The notes beneath the pieces were generated by a model. It had not been told where the DNA came from. It saw nothing but the letters and a program-made list of their open reading frames with translations, and made no database searches. From Macrostomum lignano (Eukaryota), in assembly GCA_002269645.1 (NCBI GenBank), contig NIVC01000639.1, forward strand, positions 71,659 through 135,658: a DNA stretch of 64,000 bases, given 5' to 3'. Every line of letters begins with the position of its first letter. The stretch's first letter is position 1. Both the position numbers and the translations under genes were made by a program. Shown piece by piece: positions 61,404 through 64,000 of this stretch.

Positions 61404-62336
61404 ATGCAGCCGCCCCAGCTGCTCAATGGCGGAGGCGGCCACGCCAAGAAGTTTCGCAAGCGCCGAGATTTGAACGCCCTGCTTCCGCCAGAGAAACAGC
61501 AGCCGCAACTGCCTCTGCAGCTCCAGCAGAGCGGCAGCCGGCGCAGCCTCCTGGCCAGGAGCTCCGCCTCGGCGCTGTCCTCCACTTCTTCCCTTGACGA
61601 AGCGGCGGCCGCAGCCGCGGCAGCGTCGGCAAACGATGCCGACTGGGACGGCGGCGAACGCGGCGAGCTGCTGCTCACCGACAGCGCCAGCTCCGACGAG
61701 GTCGGCGCCGACTGCCGCAAGCTGCTGCGGCCCCACAACCTACTTGATCGCCGCCGGCGCCAACAGTGTGGGCGCCAGCAGCGCGCCTCGGCGCCAGGCT
61801 CGTTGACCCGTCACTGGCGCGGCGGCGGCGGGGGCGGCGGTGGCAGCGGAGGCGGTGGCACGTCGGGCTGCGGCTGGTGGCCGGTGCAGGTGCTGGTCAG
61901 CGCCGTCTGCCTGTCCCTGTGCGCCCTGCTGCTGTGGCTGACCCTCGGCCTCAAGTCCGGCTCCGCCGACCTCGCCTACCGCCTGCAGTCGCTGGGCCGC
62001 GAGTCCCGCCGCCTTCAGGACGAGCTGCAGGCGCTGCGCGACTCGCGCCTGGCCGCCACCGGCAACCTGACCAGCCTGGCCGAGCGAGCCGCCAGCGCCG
62101 AGGCGCGCTCAGCCCAGCTGGCCGGCGCGTTGTCCCACCTGAGCGCCCGCGTGGCCAAGCTGGTGCAGGACAGCGCCGACCGCGCAGCCAGCCTTTCCCG
62201 TCTCCGCCAGGATGTTGCCCGCATGCAGGCGCAATCGGCAAAACAGCCGCCTGGACCGACGGCAATGTCGACGGCGTCATCGGCAACAACCGGTGCCCCT
62301 CTTGCCGGCAATGCCAGCGCCGCGGCCGGAGCTTGA
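61404..62336 (+). CDS. EFCAB14: EFCAB14-like type II membrane coiled-coil protein with no visible EF-hand
   Basis: KKFRKRRDLNALLP resembles the recalled EFCAB14 N-terminus MKKRKELNALIG; LLLTDSASSDE resembles LLRTEPPDSDSE; single TM (VLVSAVCLSLCALLLWLTLGL), then heptad repeats with an NLT sequon. Confidence 0.62.
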   Translation: MQPPQLLNGGGGHAKKFRKRRDLNALLPPEKQQPQLPLQLQQSGSRRSLLARSSASALSSTSSLDEAAAAAAAASANDADWDGGERGELLLTDSASSDEVGADCRKLLRPHNLLDRRRRQQCGRQQRASAPGSLTRHWRGGGGGGGGSGGGGTSGCGWWPVQVLVSAVCLSLCALLLWLTLGLKSGSADLAYRLQSLGRESRRLQDELQALRDSRLAATGNLTSLAERAASAEARSAQLAGALSHLSARVAKLVQDSADRAASLSRLRQDVARMQAQSAKQPPGPTAMSTASSATTGAPLAGNASAAAGA

Positions 62337-63345
62337 ATTCCTCGCCACCTGTTGTACATTGATGTCGCCCGCGATGCTGCTGACTTTGAAATCAAAAGTA
62401 AAACTTTGAAATATCAAAAGGGCAACTTCGAAATTGAAAGTACAACTTAGAAGTATTAAAAGTGCAACTTCGAAATTGAAAGTACAACTTCGAAATATCA
62501 AAAGTGCAACTTTTAAATCAAGAGTACAGAATTTTAGGATAAAAAAGTGCATTAAAAACTCGGAGCGTAAACTTCGCAATTACGAGCTAAAAATAACATT
62601 TTCAAAATCAAAAGTGTGCACAACAGCAACAAATGTACTGACCTGAAAAGCTGAAGTACATACTTCACATCTGATGTTCACACTGCACAATCGCATATTT
62701 CTGAACACAGGCTCTCCGCACCCAGTGCGTGCCAGCCGTCGACAAGCGGACAGATTTAAAAATCTGCTATTTTTTTACTCTCGTGTCACACTCTGGTCAA
62801 TTGTTACACTGTTAGATGATCCAACAGGCTTTCCGTTGTTTTTTGGTATTTTTTTAGTAGTCAGTTTGGGTTTTATTGCCATTTTTTGCACCAGCGTGTT
62901 GGTAACTTCAGCTCTCCTAGCCAAACAATACAGCAATTTTATTTAACCGAGAAGCACAGAGCCTACTTACAGTAGAAGCAATGCGCATTTTGTTATTGTG
63001 ATGATTACAAATTTCAGTTTTCTCATCCGGATTTTGCAATGTCAAACAATAGGAAGGATTCCGCAGCTCAGTGAGCAAACAGATTTACTTGGCATTCTGT
63101 GAGTTGAGCAGCCAGCGCTAGTCACTGCAATGCTGTGTTAGTATTCGCTTCTGCTTATATATTCATATTTTTATAACAAATTAATACTACCGCTTCGCAC
63201 TGCTACTTAGTTGGAGCTAGATGAGTAGTATCGCGGCATATGTGCACCGTGTTTTGTTGTTTCCTCTCTCGTATTGCCGCATCTTATCTGCTTGACTGGC
63301 TTTAGAAATTTTTTTCTTGCTCGCTTTAATCTGCTGCTTTTTGCA

Positions 63346-63598
63346 GAGCTGGCGGACTATTTTTGTGTCTGTTGGACAGCGGATAAACTTATCCGGAGCT
63401 GGCGGACTATTTTTGTGTCTGTTGGACAGCAGATAAACTTATCCGGAGCTGGCGGACTATTTTTGAGTCTGTTGGACAGCAGATAAACTTATCCGGAGCT
63501 GGCGGACTATTTTTGTGTCTGTTGGACAGCGGATAAACTTATCCGGAGCTGGCGGACTATTTTTGTGTCTGTTGGACAGCGGATAAACTTATCCGGAG
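63346..63598. repeat. 50-bp unit x5 containing hairpin CGGATAA-AC-TTATCCG
   Basis: GAGCTGGCGGACTATTTTTGTGTCTGTTGGACAGCGGATAAACTTATCCG repeated with period 50. Confidence 0.95.
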
Positions 63599-64000
63599 TC
63601 GCGTGTTCCTACAGTCTTATTTCTGCACATTTATCTGCTTTTATGTTTTCTATTTCCTCGGATTGATTTTGATTTTTTAAGCTTCGCATCCCCGTTGAGC
63701 TGTGCTGTCGAATTCCCCTGCAGTCTGTTTTTATCCCGCTGTACTTTTCTGTCTTTTTGATTGACGCCACATTTTGGAGGAAGCTGCTACCAGCACAAGC
63801 AGGAGGCAATAGAGGTGTTCCCAGCTTTTCTAATTATAGCCCAACAACTGCTGTTTGATTTGCTTCTTTCGCATATGCGCGTGTTTGAGCTCCAGGTGTA
63901 GAGGATGCTTAGTGATTTAGAGCGGGACTTCCCCCTTCTGCCTCACTAATTGAGTTATTCGCCAGTGCAGCATTCAATTAGTTGATTGCTGAGCGGTTGG

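Noticed and set aside
60569-61597. Repetitive GVDISVGRRGYQC ORFs
   Set aside because: All three frames of the 22-bp minisatellite are open by chance.

Overview
Eukaryotic (metazoan) genomic DNA with GC-rich exons, GT-AG introns and a very high density of mini/satellites. The style suggests the flatworm Macrostomum, but that is an inference from sequence style only. In order: a decayed EEP-endonuclease gene (1.3-2.3 kb, minus); an ~18.5-kb array of a 45-bp satellite whose 4,000+ aa ORFs are artefacts; a secreted PAN/apple + Thr-rich mucin ending in tRNA-like 58-bp repeats; a three-exon, 16-Cys Argos/giant-lens-like secreted protein gene (minus, 25945-27582); a minisatellite field and an orphan exon; a decayed Penelope-like retroelement with an inverted pLTR, a degenerate hammerhead motif and two nested 8-bp-TSD MITEs; ATP synthase gamma (first exon not found); an AT-rich zone of MITEs, a 2-kb foldback element and an old SINE; then EDEM1 (one frameshift), RPL37 and an EFCAB14-like gene, all on the plus strand. 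Best leads: (1) an intact Argos-type candidate EGF-ligand trap in what looks like a non-insect genome; (2) most introns hold their own minisatellite, several built from splice-site sequence; (3) a possible polycistronic RPL37/EFCAB14-like unit. All family assignments come from recalled motifs, not database searches.
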